Of a stretch of DNA of 64,000 bases, positions 1 through 9,032 are shown piece after piece. How positions within the stretch are numbered: the stretch's first letter is position 1; the number at the start of each line of letters is the position of its first letter. The stretch is from a virus: IMG/VR virus record IMGVR_UViG_3300033145_001087, positions 1-64,000 of that record; one strand, written 5' to 3'. Both the position numbers and the translations under genes were made by a program. A model generated the notes under the pieces. The model was given only the letters and a program-made list of their open reading frames with translations, did no database searches and was not told the DNA's origin.

Positions 1-1
1 T

Positions 2-775
2 CTAACCTACAACAAAAAGAAGGTTGAAATAGGAGGAAATAGAATAAAAAAGTATCACATAGGAGGTAAACTAAAATCTCCGAAGGAATCTAGGAACTAT
101 TGTGACACCTGCAAAGATGGTGAGTTATTTAAAGATGAACATACCTTTAAAACAGATTCATTCGGTGGGAAAACGGAAGAACGTATCTGTAATGTTTGTT
201 TAACAAGATATAAAATTCCTTTAGTGATTCCTGCTTTTAGTATAGATACTAAAAAAGGTATGACAATAACAAAAACAGATATTGATAACTATGATTACGG
301 AAAATTAGTAACAACAGAAGAGGATATTGCCCACCTAATTATCAAAATTGGAGAAGAATTTAAAATGGAGGTAAACAAAATGAATGAGGCATTAACTATG
401 CAAAAAGATTTATTTATGGAAACTGGAATTTGCCCTAATCATAGGTGGGTAAATAGTCAAAACTTTAGAACATCAGAAGGATACCATAGCATAAAAACCT
501 GTCAAGTTTGTCACATATCGTCTGCTATTTATAAAGGGGAAACAATTACAGGAAAACTCTTTAATGTTCTAAATAAAATAATTAATGGAGGCTTAGCATT
601 AGAAAATCAAATAAAGGGAACAGAAGATTTGTTTGGTAATTTAACACTATCAGAAGAACCTATATTTGATATTAAACCCCTTAAAAAGGACCCACTCTTT
701 GATATTTTTACTATTGAAGATGACCTCAATTTTGATATTCAAGAAGAGGTTCCTAAGATTGATGTTCGCTTCTAG
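2..775 (+). CDS. 5'-truncated hypothetical protein with Zn-ribbon motifs and an acidic C-terminal tail of repeated FDI motifs
   Basis: The frame is open from position 2, upstream of the track's GTG at 224. It has CDTC...CNVC and CPNH...CQVC motifs and the tail EDLFG/EPIFDI/DPLFDI/DLNFDI. Confidence 0.6.
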   Translation, partial: LTYNKKKVEIGGNRIKKYHIGGKLKSPKESRNYCDTCKDGELFKDEHTFKTDSFGGKTEERICNVCLTRYKIPLVIPAFSIDTKKGMTITKTDIDNYDYGKLVTTEEDIAHLIIKIGEEFKMEVNKMNEALTMQKDLFMETGICPNHRWVNSQNFRTSEGYHSIKTCQVCHISSAIYKGETITGKLFNVLNKIINGGLALENQIKGTEDLFGNLTLSEEPIFDIKPLKKDPLFDIFTIEDDLNFDIQEEVPKIDVRF

Positions 776-823
776 TAAAGCGGCGTCAGTCAGCGGTAAC
801 AAAAACAAAGACAAGGTGATATA

Positions 824-1429
824 ATGAAACGCTTAACCCCATCAAAGACAGAAATAAAGAAAATAGAAGATTTACCTTTTGTAACAAAAGTAACCTTACA
901 AGAAAAAAAAATGCAACCTTATACACCCATAAGAAAAGTCTTAAAGGTAAATTTTAGACCGGTAGTATTAAAGATTGACAAATATAAAGTAAACGGAAGG
1001 TATCATGGTGTTCGATATTTTTATTTAGGAAGATTATACCTCTATATTTCCCTACGAGAATATAAAGAATTACAGGTCTGGTCGGAGATTTTACATCCTC
1101 ATAGTACCTCAGATAATACTGCCATATGTATGGGAGCTAATACAGGAATGGATGCTTTTAAACGAACCAATGAGTATGCCGCAATCGTGCAGATGATATG
1201 GTATTGGGCTCATATATATACTACCTCTGGTTATAGGTCAGCACATACTACTAGTAAAGTGTTGCTCACAAAAGGATTTCCAATGTGGGATGGAAAAGGC
1301 GAAAGAATAAAATTAAACGACCCAAAAAGGATTGAATCAAATGAACAACCAGAAAAACTATACCCTCTAAAAACATATAAAAGGAATATAAAAAGGTTTA
1401 AAAATTTACAATTAAAGGATTTGATATAA
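824..1429 (+). CDS. stand-alone prokaryotic E2 (UBC-like) protein, paralog of the C-terminal domain of 6126..7676
   Basis: Motif LHPHS-x6-ICMG. Colinear similarity with 6126..7676: LPFV, M[IL]W[YF]W..[IT]Y..SG, G[FY]P..D.K..RI..ND.KRI...EQ, NIKRFK.L. SD GGTGAT. Confidence 0.7.
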   Translation: MKRLTPSKTEIKKIEDLPFVTKVTLQEKKMQPYTPIRKVLKVNFRPVVLKIDKYKVNGRYHGVRYFYLGRLYLYISLREYKELQVWSEILHPHSTSDNTAICMGANTGMDAFKRTNEYAAIVQMIWYWAHIYTTSGYRSAHTTSKVLLTKGFPMWDGKGERIKLNDPKRIESNEQPEKLYPLKTYKRNIKRFKNLQLKDLI

Positions 1430-1633
1430 ATGGTATTTCACTTAGGAGACAAAGTACGAATTAAAAAAGGCACTCAATTTGCTTCCCAATCAACGGTTAG
1501 TGGAAAGATAATAGATATAGGCGGCGGCCAATGGATTGAAGTCCTGTTTGTTAACGGGTATCGAAATTCCTATCCAAAAGATGATTTAGAAATGACTAGG
1601 ATAACTAATTGGAAAAAAGAACTAGGAGGGTAA
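1430..1633 (+). CDS. small SH3/KOW-like protein with C-terminal TNW tag (#1)
   Basis: Starts FHLGDKVRI and ends RITNWKKELGG. Abuts the E2 paralog. Confidence 0.8.
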   Translation: MVFHLGDKVRIKKGTQFASQSTVSGKIIDIGGGQWIEVLFVNGYRNSYPKDDLEMTRITNWKKELGG

Positions 1634-1634
1634 A

Positions 1635-2105
1635 ATGAAATTTGAAAAAGGAAAAACATACGACTTTAAATGGAAGGAAGATAAACACCCAGTTTCATAT
1701 ACATTTATGGAACAATTAGAGGATAAATTATTGTTTCACAAAAAGGTGCCTACATTAATGATTCCAGAAGCACTATTAGGATATATAGAAAGTGGTGAAG
1801 TGATAATAAAAGAAAATACGTCCTATGAAAAATTAATCCCAGAATCTGAAATTAAAGGCAGAACAAAGTTTATTATAAACAAAAACAAAAGATGTTGTTT
1901 ATGTCAAGGTAGAGAAATAATAGAAATTATAGGTGATAAAAAAACAACAAATTTAACCCCATCACCAAATGGTCTATTTAAATGTAAAAACCAAAATGAA
2001 TGTAGACAAAACATAGATGCCGAGAATACCGTATTAACTTTTTCAAATGATAAAATAGACATTAAAAAATTTAAGGAGGAAATATTTTCAATAAGTAAAA
2101 AATGA
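1635..2105 (+). CDS. hypothetical protein with Zn-binding Cys cluster
   Basis: CCLC...C....C, SD GGAGG, operonic spacing. Confidence 0.6.
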   Translation: MKFEKGKTYDFKWKEDKHPVSYTFMEQLEDKLLFHKKVPTLMIPEALLGYIESGEVIIKENTSYEKLIPESEIKGRTKFIINKNKRCCLCQGREIIEIIGDKKTTNLTPSPNGLFKCKNQNECRQNIDAENTVLTFSNDKIDIKKFKEEIFSISKK

Positions 2106-2404
2106 CCGAACACAAAAAAGTCACAAAGATAAATACCTATCTAGGAGAACTTAGTGTGGGTGATAAAATAAAGTTATCTTGGGCGCCTGGTGGAATACCG
2201 GAACGAAAATATTATACACTTTTTTCAATTTGGGTAGACAGTAATAATAATATTGAATTAGGATTCTCTCAAAGAAGTATAGAAAAAATAGGTGCTACAT
2301 ATTCGTGGGACGGTGGAAATAGTATTATTAAAAAGGGGTCTTTGTTGAAAATAATAAAAGGAAAAGTTACCAACTGGAGAAAAGAGGTTGAGAATGACAT
2401 ATAA
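2102..2404 (+). CDS. SH3-like protein with TNW tag (#2)
   Basis: LGELSVGDKIKLSW; ends KVTNWRKEVENDI. Confidence 0.8.
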   Translation: MTEHKKVTKINTYLGELSVGDKIKLSWAPGGIPERKYYTLFSIWVDSNNNIELGFSQRSIEKIGATYSWDGGNSIIKKGSLLKIIKGKVTNWRKEVENDI

Positions 2405-2696
2405 AAAAATCAATAGTGTAGCAACTCATTTAGGAGAACTTAATGTAGGTGATAAAGTAAGATTATCTTGGACGCCTGGTGATGTTACCTCTTTAAAGGA
2501 TGATTATTACAAAATTTATGCTATATGGGAAAACAATAGACGTAAAAGTATTGGTTTAGGATTAACAAAAAAAAGCATAAATAACCCAGATGAAAAACAC
2601 AGTTGGTGGGGAGGTACGAGTATTTTAGAATATGAGTCATTAATAGAAATTAGAAAGACAACTATAACCAACTGGAAAAAGGAGATAAATAAATGA
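2394..2696 (+). CDS. SH3-like protein with TNW tag (#3), tandem paralog of #2
   Basis: LGELNVGDKVRLSW...SWWGG; ends TITNWKKEINK. ATG 2394 follows GAGGT. Confidence 0.8.
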   Translation: MTYKKINSVATHLGELNVGDKVRLSWTPGDVTSLKDDYYKIYAIWENNRRKSIGLGLTKKSINNPDEKHSWWGGTSILEYESLIEIRKTTITNWKKEINK

Positions 2697-3229
2697 TACT
2701 CACCACTAAACAAATATATAAGCTATTCATTCATAGAACCGATATTTATGCAGAACAACAGGTATCAGGGTCGTATTACATAATCAAAGAACCTATAACT
2801 CTAATTGATATAGAACAACATCTAAAAGGAGATAAAACATTAGGAACTTATGTTTTGAATACTGATAATACCGTTAAATGGGCGTGTATAGATTTGGATG
2901 GTAAACAATTAAGAACATTATATCCATCAGCAACCATTATTTATAACAGTTTTAAAGACTTTCCTCGCATATTAGAATTTAGCGGAAGAAAGGGGTATCA
3001 TATATGGATATTCTTTAGGTGTAGAGTGACGGCGGATTACGCACAAAAACTGGTAAAAGCGAGATTGAACCGTATTAGTCTAAATTATTTTGAAGTATTC
3101 CCTAAACAAACAGAACTAAATGAAAACCGTAAGTATGGAAATCTAGTTAAGATTCCTTTAGGAACACATAAAGTGTCAGGTAAAAAATCAACAATAATGA
3201 AACACGATAAGTTAAATGAGGTGTTATAA
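2693..3229 (+). CDS. minimal archaeo-eukaryotic primase (AEP) catalytic domain
   Basis: WACIDLD (motif I), SGRKGYHIW (motif II), EVFPKQ...GNLVKIPLG. Confidence 0.8.
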   Translation: MILTTKQIYKLFIHRTDIYAEQQVSGSYYIIKEPITLIDIEQHLKGDKTLGTYVLNTDNTVKWACIDLDGKQLRTLYPSATIIYNSFKDFPRILEFSGRKGYHIWIFFRCRVTADYAQKLVKARLNRISLNYFEVFPKQTELNENRKYGNLVKIPLGTHKVSGKKSTIMKHDKLNEVL

Positions 3230-3504
3230 TGACCTTTAAAGAAGGAGATAGAGTTAAAACAACTACTGAGGTTGGATATGTTCATTTAAATGGGTCATCT
3301 AGTATTAATTATAAAGGAACCGTAACTCTTTTTAGAGGGTTATTACGAACTTCCGTAGGAGTGATATTTGATATGCCTATAGAGGGGCATACTTTAAGTG
3401 GTCACTTACCATCAGGAAGCAAAAAGGGTTGGTGGTGTCAAATAGAAGAATTAAAATTAATACCTACAAAAATAACTAATTGGAAGAAGGAACTAGGAGG
3501 GTAA
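3229..3504 (+). CDS. SH3-like protein with TNW tag (#4)
   Basis: FKEGDRVK...VGVIFD...GWWC; ends KITNWKKELGG. Confidence 0.8.
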   Translation: MTFKEGDRVKTTTEVGYVHLNGSSSINYKGTVTLFRGLLRTSVGVIFDMPIEGHTLSGHLPSGSKKGWWCQIEELKLIPTKITNWKKELGG

Positions 3505-3506
3505 AA

Positions 3507-3698
3507 ATGACAGAGGAAAAACTTGTAGTATATACTTTTGAAGGTATATATAATTTTGATACTATTGAAGAAGCAGAACAATGGAGGATTAAACGAAAGG
3601 GGTCTATAATAATAAGGATTAAATATCTATTTTATAAAATACGTAAATATAGGAGCAGAATCAAAAGATATATCAAAGGTGAAAGTGTATGGCATTAA
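3507..3698 (+). CDS. hypothetical protein
   Basis: ATG 3507 follows GGAGG. Confidence 0.5.
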   Translation: MTEEKLVVYTFEGIYNFDTIEEAEQWRIKRKGSIIIRIKYLFYKIRKYRSRIKRYIKGESVWH

Positions 3699-3928
3699 AA
3701 ATAGGCGACCGAGTTACTATTAGAAAAGATTTAAAAGAAGGGCTCTATAATAAGGGTACAACTACTTGTGTTCCCGATATGACTCATTATAGCGGACAAA
3801 AACGCACAATACTAGACATATATAGCAACGGTGATTTTCTATTAATGGATGCCGGTGGTTGGGCATTTTCCGAAGATATGTTTGAAGAAAAGAAAGTTAC
3901 TAATTGGAGGAGAGAACTCTGCTCCTAA
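3689..3928 (+). CDS. SH3/KOW-like protein with TNW tag (#5)
   Basis: LKIGDRVTIR...WAFSEDMFE; ends KVTNWRRELCS. Confidence 0.8.
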   Translation: MALKIGDRVTIRKDLKEGLYNKGTTTCVPDMTHYSGQKRTILDIYSNGDFLLMDAGGWAFSEDMFEEKKVTNWRRELCS

Positions 3929-3935
3929 ATAAAAG

Positions 3936-3950
3936 CGAAAGCTTTATAAA
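3936..3950 (+). promoter_or_regulatory. archaeal BRE-TATA promoter
   Basis: Intergenic CGAAAGC-TTTATAAA. Confidence 0.7.
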
Positions 3951-4022
3951 GAGCAACATTTTACTACTCACTAAGCAAAAAACAATGCTCATTAAACACA
4001 AAAAAAAAAGAGGTAAAACAAA

Positions 4023-4439
4023 ATGGAAAATCCAAGAGATTTGAAAAGAGGAGATAAAATAATTTTAACCAAAGGAAATAATAGCAACTCTCATTTTGAA
4101 GGAAGAATTGTAGAAATTATTAGTCCAGTAACAATTACACCATCAACAGGCAGTTTATGTGTAAAAGATAATAGAGGACGGACAACAACTTTTTTTTATA
4201 CCGGTGTGTTCGACATATTTGTCCATGCAGATAGAAAAAATAGGGCAACAGCAATAAAGAAAATTATCCTCAATATGCAAACAGAAATAAAACAACTAAA
4301 AACAGAATACACTGGCCTTATTAAATTTAAGTCTGATGAAGATGAGGTAGCAGATAAGATTTTTAAACTATCTAAAGCAAGAAGTCCTAAAGCAATAGCA
4401 GAAATCCTTAAACTTATGAAAAAATCTGATTATCTATAA
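4023..4439 (+). CDS. SH3-like domain plus coiled coil (no TNW tag)
   Basis: LKRGDKIIL N-terminus and a helical C-terminal half. Confidence 0.6.
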   Translation: MENPRDLKRGDKIILTKGNNSNSHFEGRIVEIISPVTITPSTGSLCVKDNRGRTTTFFYTGVFDIFVHADRKNRATAIKKIILNMQTEIKQLKTEYTGLIKFKSDEDEVADKIFKLSKARSPKAIAEILKLMKKSDYL

Positions 4440-4440
4440 A

Positions 4441-5064
4441 ATGGAAATAAAAGATATGCCTAAACTTCATTCGCCCTTTGTTAGAGAAATGATAAATGGT
4501 AAATATGTAGTAACCCCGAAAATAGCAGAAGGGTATGAGTGGGTTTTTGAAGATGATACCGTTTTAGCTACTGAAAAACTACACGGAACTAATGTAAGTA
4601 TAGTTATTGAAAACGGTAAAATTACCAGAATCTTCAACAGAACTGCTGAAATTCCTTTCTTTAATAAAGGAAAGAAATTCATAGTTGAGGCTATCTTAAA
4701 TTCATTTGAAAGAGGATATTGTAACTTAACAGATGGTCAATACTTTGGTGAAGTAATAGGTAAAAAACTTTGGAATGGTTATAGAGAAGGACTAGGAGAA
4801 TATCAACATCTTTGGATTCCTTTTAATACTTATGCCAGGAAACACTTACGATACAAAGCTTGGGGAAAATATCCAAAAGATTATGAAACGATAAGCACCT
4901 GGTTTAAGGAAGATATTTTTAGTTTATTTATGAGAAAAAAAGGAATTGTCACAAAACCAGAAGGAATAGTATTCGTTCAACCATCAACAGGTAAAATGGC
5001 AAAACTTAGGTGTGATATGTTTGATTGGTATAAAAAAGAGTCACATAAAAGAGGTAAAAAATGA
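4441..5064 (+). CDS. RNA ligase (Rnl2-like nucleotidyltransferase)
   Basis: TEKLHGTN (motif I), YFGE (III), EGIV (IV), MAKLR (V). Confidence 0.8.
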   Translation: MEIKDMPKLHSPFVREMINGKYVVTPKIAEGYEWVFEDDTVLATEKLHGTNVSIVIENGKITRIFNRTAEIPFFNKGKKFIVEAILNSFERGYCNLTDGQYFGEVIGKKLWNGYREGLGEYQHLWIPFNTYARKHLRYKAWGKYPKDYETISTWFKEDIFSLFMRKKGIVTKPEGIVFVQPSTGKMAKLRCDMFDWYKKESHKRGKK

Positions 5065-5627
5065 AAGAAAAATATAATTTAAACAGGACTGAAAACATAG
5101 TTAAAATCCAATGTAACACTGTCTTCGGTAGATTATCTGAAAGAAATAAAGGAAATATCCTTATTTTAGATAGTGAAAAACTATTCACAGCCAATATGTT
5201 ACGAAACAGAGGGTTTAAAGATAAACAAATATTCATTCCAAACCCTTATGCCTTTGGAGAAATAAATAGAAAAAAGAAAACTAATGTTTTTAATAGTTTA
5301 CTAGGAGAATTTATTTGTGATACTGATAAATCTTTTACAGCGGCATGGTTTGATTATTGTTGTTCGTTTGGAGGGAATGTTGATGTAGCCCCTAAAAGCG
5401 ATATATCAAGATATTTTCAATTTAAATTAGCAAAAAATAACGGAACTTTTGCTGTAACTTTCTGTTACAGGAAAAATAACCAAACAAAATTTTTACATGA
5501 GGATTATGCAAATTGTAATACCTTTATAACGCAAACAGCTTATGATAATGGGTATATTTTAATCCCTCAACAACATAGAATCTATAATGGGTTCTTTTTT
5601 ATCTCTTATAAAGTTTATAAATTATAA
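5061..5627 (+). CDS. hypothetical protein, possibly SAM-methyltransferase fold
   Basis: ILILDS...AAWFDYC...GTFAVTF pattern. Confidence 0.4.
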   Translation: MKEKYNLNRTENIVKIQCNTVFGRLSERNKGNILILDSEKLFTANMLRNRGFKDKQIFIPNPYAFGEINRKKKTNVFNSLLGEFICDTDKSFTAAWFDYCCSFGGNVDVAPKSDISRYFQFKLAKNNGTFAVTFCYRKNNQTKFLHEDYANCNTFITQTAYDNGYILIPQQHRIYNGFFFISYKVYKL

Positions 5628-5693
5628 TAATTTTATTTCCCAACGCCTGGGAATTTAAAACATAGGCACAAAACTCAAAGGAGGTGCTAAAAC

Positions 5694-6062
5694 ATGGCAC
5701 GAAACAAAAGCAAAAATGTCCTTGCAATGGACGCATACGGAGAAGACTTTGACGACTTAACAGGTGGAGAAAAAGCAGCAATAACAAAGAAATACAACGC
5801 ACAGACAAGCAGGTCAGCACCTGTAAGAAGCGGTGCAGGAATAATCAGTGCAACAGTAGGAAGAGTTGGCGACAACGGAACAGACACCTGTTTGCTTGAA
5901 AAAGGCTCAACAGTTGAAGACCTAATCTCTCAGAGCAAATTCGACTTTGATTCAAGCAAAGAAGGAGTTGTAAAACAGAGCACAGGCAGACCTGTTTCAC
6001 TATCAAGCCCGGTTGTTCATAACGAAACTTATGCAATCACCGTAGAAATAAAATCTGCATAG
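5694..6062 (+). CDS. ubiquitin-like (beta-grasp) protein with ~49-aa N-terminal extension, C-terminus IKSA
   Basis: C-terminal ~73 aa show the beta-grasp pattern ISATVGRV...LEKGSTVEDLI...VSLSSPVVHNETYAIT. First gene of an E2-JAB-E1 operon, strong SD GGAGGTG. Confidence 0.75.
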   Translation: MARNKSKNVLAMDAYGEDFDDLTGGEKAAITKKYNAQTSRSAPVRSGAGIISATVGRVGDNGTDTCLLEKGSTVEDLISQSKFDFDSSKEGVVKQSTGRPVSLSSPVVHNETYAITVEIKSA

Positions 6063-6071
6063 ATAAATTTA

Positions 6072-6100
6072 TTTTTTTTGGGGAATTATCCCCATTTTTT
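6072..6100 (+). terminator. hairpin/oligo-T terminator or attenuator after the Ubl gene
   Basis: T-run, TGGGGA-atta-TCCCCA, then T6. Confidence 0.6.
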
Positions 6101-6125
6101 ATTATTTTAAAAACGGAGGTAAAAA

Positions 6126-7676
6126 ATGAAAACATACACACTAGACAAAGAAAACATAAAAACTTTAGTAAGGCAATTATTAAAGAAAAATACAGGAGTT
6201 TGGACAGATGATAATACTTTAACCTTCCAGAACGGCACAAAAACCGAATCTTTACACTTAAAGGATACCAAAATCTCCATAGAGGGAAGTAAAATACTAA
6301 AAGATTTTAAAAGAATACACGACATTCTTACTTCCGCTAAAGACAATATGAAGGAAAAGGATGTAAAGAATACTGTTTTTTCTAATCTATTTAATTCTCT
6401 ATCCTACTATTATGGGTTAGAAACCAACAAAACGCTTTTAATGAAACTAGATAAGAAGTTTAAAGCAATCAATATAAAAAATATAATTATGGGTAAAAAT
6501 TATACCCAACAGCAAACTATACAAAAAGATGTATGTTTGTCTTTTGAAGGAATACCAGAATCAGATGGGGTAGAATCAATGAGTGATGATTATTACCCAC
6601 GCTTAAAGACCTTTTTGTTTGACACTTTTAAAACTAATTATGATAATAAGAATAATATACCGATACATCAAGTTCACACTTTTTCTATTTTAGAAGAGGA
6701 AAAAGTGGAAAGCATAGAAATAAAAGGTATGCGTGTTGGTGTATATTATCCTGAAAGGAATTTTATACACTTATATTATAACCCTTTTTCTTTTAAACAA
6801 ATAACCCCTTTTTCTAGTGATATAGAAATAGACTTACTTTTAAAAGCACTAAGGAAAGTGGGCATACGGAAACAAAATGTAGATAACACTACAAAAAAAC
6901 TCTTTTTATCAAGTTTCCTAAAAAAATCTAGGGAGAGGTTGAAACAAATAACTTCAAAAATTGACTCAGTACAAGAGAATGTTGCCCATTATGAGAATAA
7001 GATTTTATCCTTAATATCGGAATATAATGACTATGTTGAAGAACAACATTATATTAATAAATCTTTAGAAGGGCAAGGTAAAAACTTATTCTTAGAAATT
7101 GAGAAAACTAAAAAATTACCTTTTGTAAAAGATATTACAATAGAAAATTCCCTTATAAAATTAGAATTTATACCCACTATTATTTCTATACCTAATTTTA
7201 TTAGAGACACTGGTGGAATCGAACATGGTAAAAGATATATGTATATAGGGAGTATAGGTTTTAATATCCACCCAGGACGTCTTGAGACGTTTGGTGATAC
7301 ATTATTTAAAAATGGGGGTAATAACAATATTCACCCTCACGCATCTGGTTCAGGAAGTTCGGGACTTTCTACTCCTTGTTTTGGTGAAGGGGGAGGAAGA
7401 GTAAAAATATTTGAATATTTATCATCCAATAGGATTTCAGAACTAGCTAAGATGTTGTGGTTTTGGGTTCAAACATATAGAAATTCAGGAGCATATATTA
7501 AAATGAAATATGCGTATGATGATAGACTAGAACAAGGATATCCTGTATTTGATGAAAAGAAACAACGAATAGAAATAAATGATTCAAAAAGGATATCTAC
7601 AGGAGAACAAACATCTTTATCTAAGTCTAGTAATTACAACAATAACATAAAAAGATTTAAAACTTTAGAAATGTAG
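6126..7676 (+). CDS. multidomain protein: N-terminal domain, coiled coil, prokaryotic E2 (UBC-like) domain
   Basis: Coiled coil at about aa 265-330, then IHPHA...PCFG (HPH + catalytic Cys). Lies between Ubl and JAB. Confidence 0.7.
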   Translation: MKTYTLDKENIKTLVRQLLKKNTGVWTDDNTLTFQNGTKTESLHLKDTKISIEGSKILKDFKRIHDILTSAKDNMKEKDVKNTVFSNLFNSLSYYYGLETNKTLLMKLDKKFKAINIKNIIMGKNYTQQQTIQKDVCLSFEGIPESDGVESMSDDYYPRLKTFLFDTFKTNYDNKNNIPIHQVHTFSILEEEKVESIEIKGMRVGVYYPERNFIHLYYNPFSFKQITPFSSDIEIDLLLKALRKVGIRKQNVDNTTKKLFLSSFLKKSRERLKQITSKIDSVQENVAHYENKILSLISEYNDYVEEQHYINKSLEGQGKNLFLEIEKTKKLPFVKDITIENSLIKLEFIPTIISIPNFIRDTGGIEHGKRYMYIGSIGFNIHPGRLETFGDTLFKNGGNNNIHPHASGSGSSGLSTPCFGEGGGRVKIFEYLSSNRISELAKMLWFWVQTYRNSGAYIKMKYAYDDRLEQGYPVFDEKKQRIEINDSKRISTGEQTSLSKSSNYNNNIKRFKTLEM

Positions 7677-7687
7677 GAGGAATAAAA

Positions 7688-9031
7688 ATGGAACATAAAG
7701 CACGGGTACTTTTCTCAGCAGATGTATGGGAAAAAATTGAATGGTTTACAAATAACCTTTCAACAGAAATTGGGGCTCTTGGTCGAGTCTCTATAAAAAA
7801 AGAAGACGGTGAGAAATATTATTACGTAGATAAATTATATTTTCCTAAACAAAAAGTTTCAGGAGCAACAGTTCATTTTACACCTGACATGTGGGGGGAT
7901 TTAATTAAAGAACATGGATTAAAAGAAATGACAAAAACAAATTTTTACTGGCATAGGCATCCTGGAAACGCCGCTCATAGTGGAGTAGATGATGAAGATA
8001 CGTTCGAGGCCTTCATGTCTAAAGAAGCAAACCGGTCTCATTTTTTATTTATGCAAACGGCAATAAATAGTAAAGGAGAATGGGATGAAGAACTACGTAT
8101 AGATATAAGGAAACCAATACGTGCAACAATAACGAATGATTGTATTGTTTCAGAAGTAGAAATTTCAAAAGAAGAGGATAAAGTAAAGAAAGAATGTGAG
8201 AAAATAAGGGATGAAGTTATAATAAAAGAGATTATAAAGCCAGTAATATCATATTGGGAACATAAACAGTCCTTCAAAACAAAAGAGGTAAAACAAAATT
8301 GTTTAGTCGAGATAGATGGAATACGGGAAGAGATTGATATAGGTAACTACAAAAGTATTGAAGAAGCCGTTGATGGCGGAAGATTTGGTAAAATTGTATT
8401 ACCTAACGATTTTGATAACGACTTTATTGGAGGAGTCCCAAGTTGTAGGGAAGAAAAATTAGCAATTACTTTTGAGAATGGACAAGTAACAGTTTTTGCG
8501 GGTAAAATTTTTAAGAATATGCTTGAAAAACGCCTAAAAACAAAATTCTTGAAACCCTATGTTAGACAAATAAAAAAGAAAAACACCTCTGGGGACATTA
8601 TTAAATACAATTTACAACCAATTTCAGGAGGTTATAAAAAATTGCGAACAATCTTTTTAAAAATGTATTTCGTATTTTGTAATATGTTATTAAAAGATTA
8701 TAAATACATAATAGATGATATAGAGGAAGAAGATGGTCACCCACCACAAAATTTAGAGAAAGTGGTGAACTCAGATTTAGCCGAATCATATATACTAGAA
8801 GAAACTCCAGAGGTTATAGAAATAATAATAGACCAACTACAAAGCTTTAATACCTTTGATTGGGTAAATGTAAACACTGCTTTACTTACCTGTTCTGAAT
8901 CAAAAGATAGCCTTGGAGAACTAACAAAAACTGATGATGGAGGAAAATTATTTATAACAGGACCTTTATTGATTACCTTAATTAAAGAGATAGAAAAAAC
9001 ATTGGAGATAGAACGAGCAAAGGAGGACTAA
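7688..9031 (+). CDS. JAB/MPN+ metalloprotease (Ubl isopeptidase) with long C-terminal extension
   Basis: TEIGALG...WHRHPGNAAHSGVDDED fits the JAMM motif E-xn-HxH-x6-7-SxxD. Confidence 0.85.
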   Translation: MEHKARVLFSADVWEKIEWFTNNLSTEIGALGRVSIKKEDGEKYYYVDKLYFPKQKVSGATVHFTPDMWGDLIKEHGLKEMTKTNFYWHRHPGNAAHSGVDDEDTFEAFMSKEANRSHFLFMQTAINSKGEWDEELRIDIRKPIRATITNDCIVSEVEISKEEDKVKKECEKIRDEVIIKEIIKPVISYWEHKQSFKTKEVKQNCLVEIDGIREEIDIGNYKSIEEAVDGGRFGKIVLPNDFDNDFIGGVPSCREEKLAITFENGQVTVFAGKIFKNMLEKRLKTKFLKPYVRQIKKKNTSGDIIKYNLQPISGGYKKLRTIFLKMYFVFCNMLLKDYKYIIDDIEEEDGHPPQNLEKVVNSDLAESYILEETPEVIEIIIDQLQSFNTFDWVNVNTALLTCSESKDSLGELTKTDDGGKLFITGPLLITLIKEIEKTLEIERAKED

Positions 9032-9032
9032 G

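Noticed and set aside
1601-3504. Two TNW proteins end in LGG, like ubiquitin's diglycine
   Set aside because: In both, GGA GGG TAA doubles as the GGAGG Shine-Dalgarno of the next gene, and the other nine carriers end differently. It is not good evidence that they are modifiers, though it is cheap to test with the E1.
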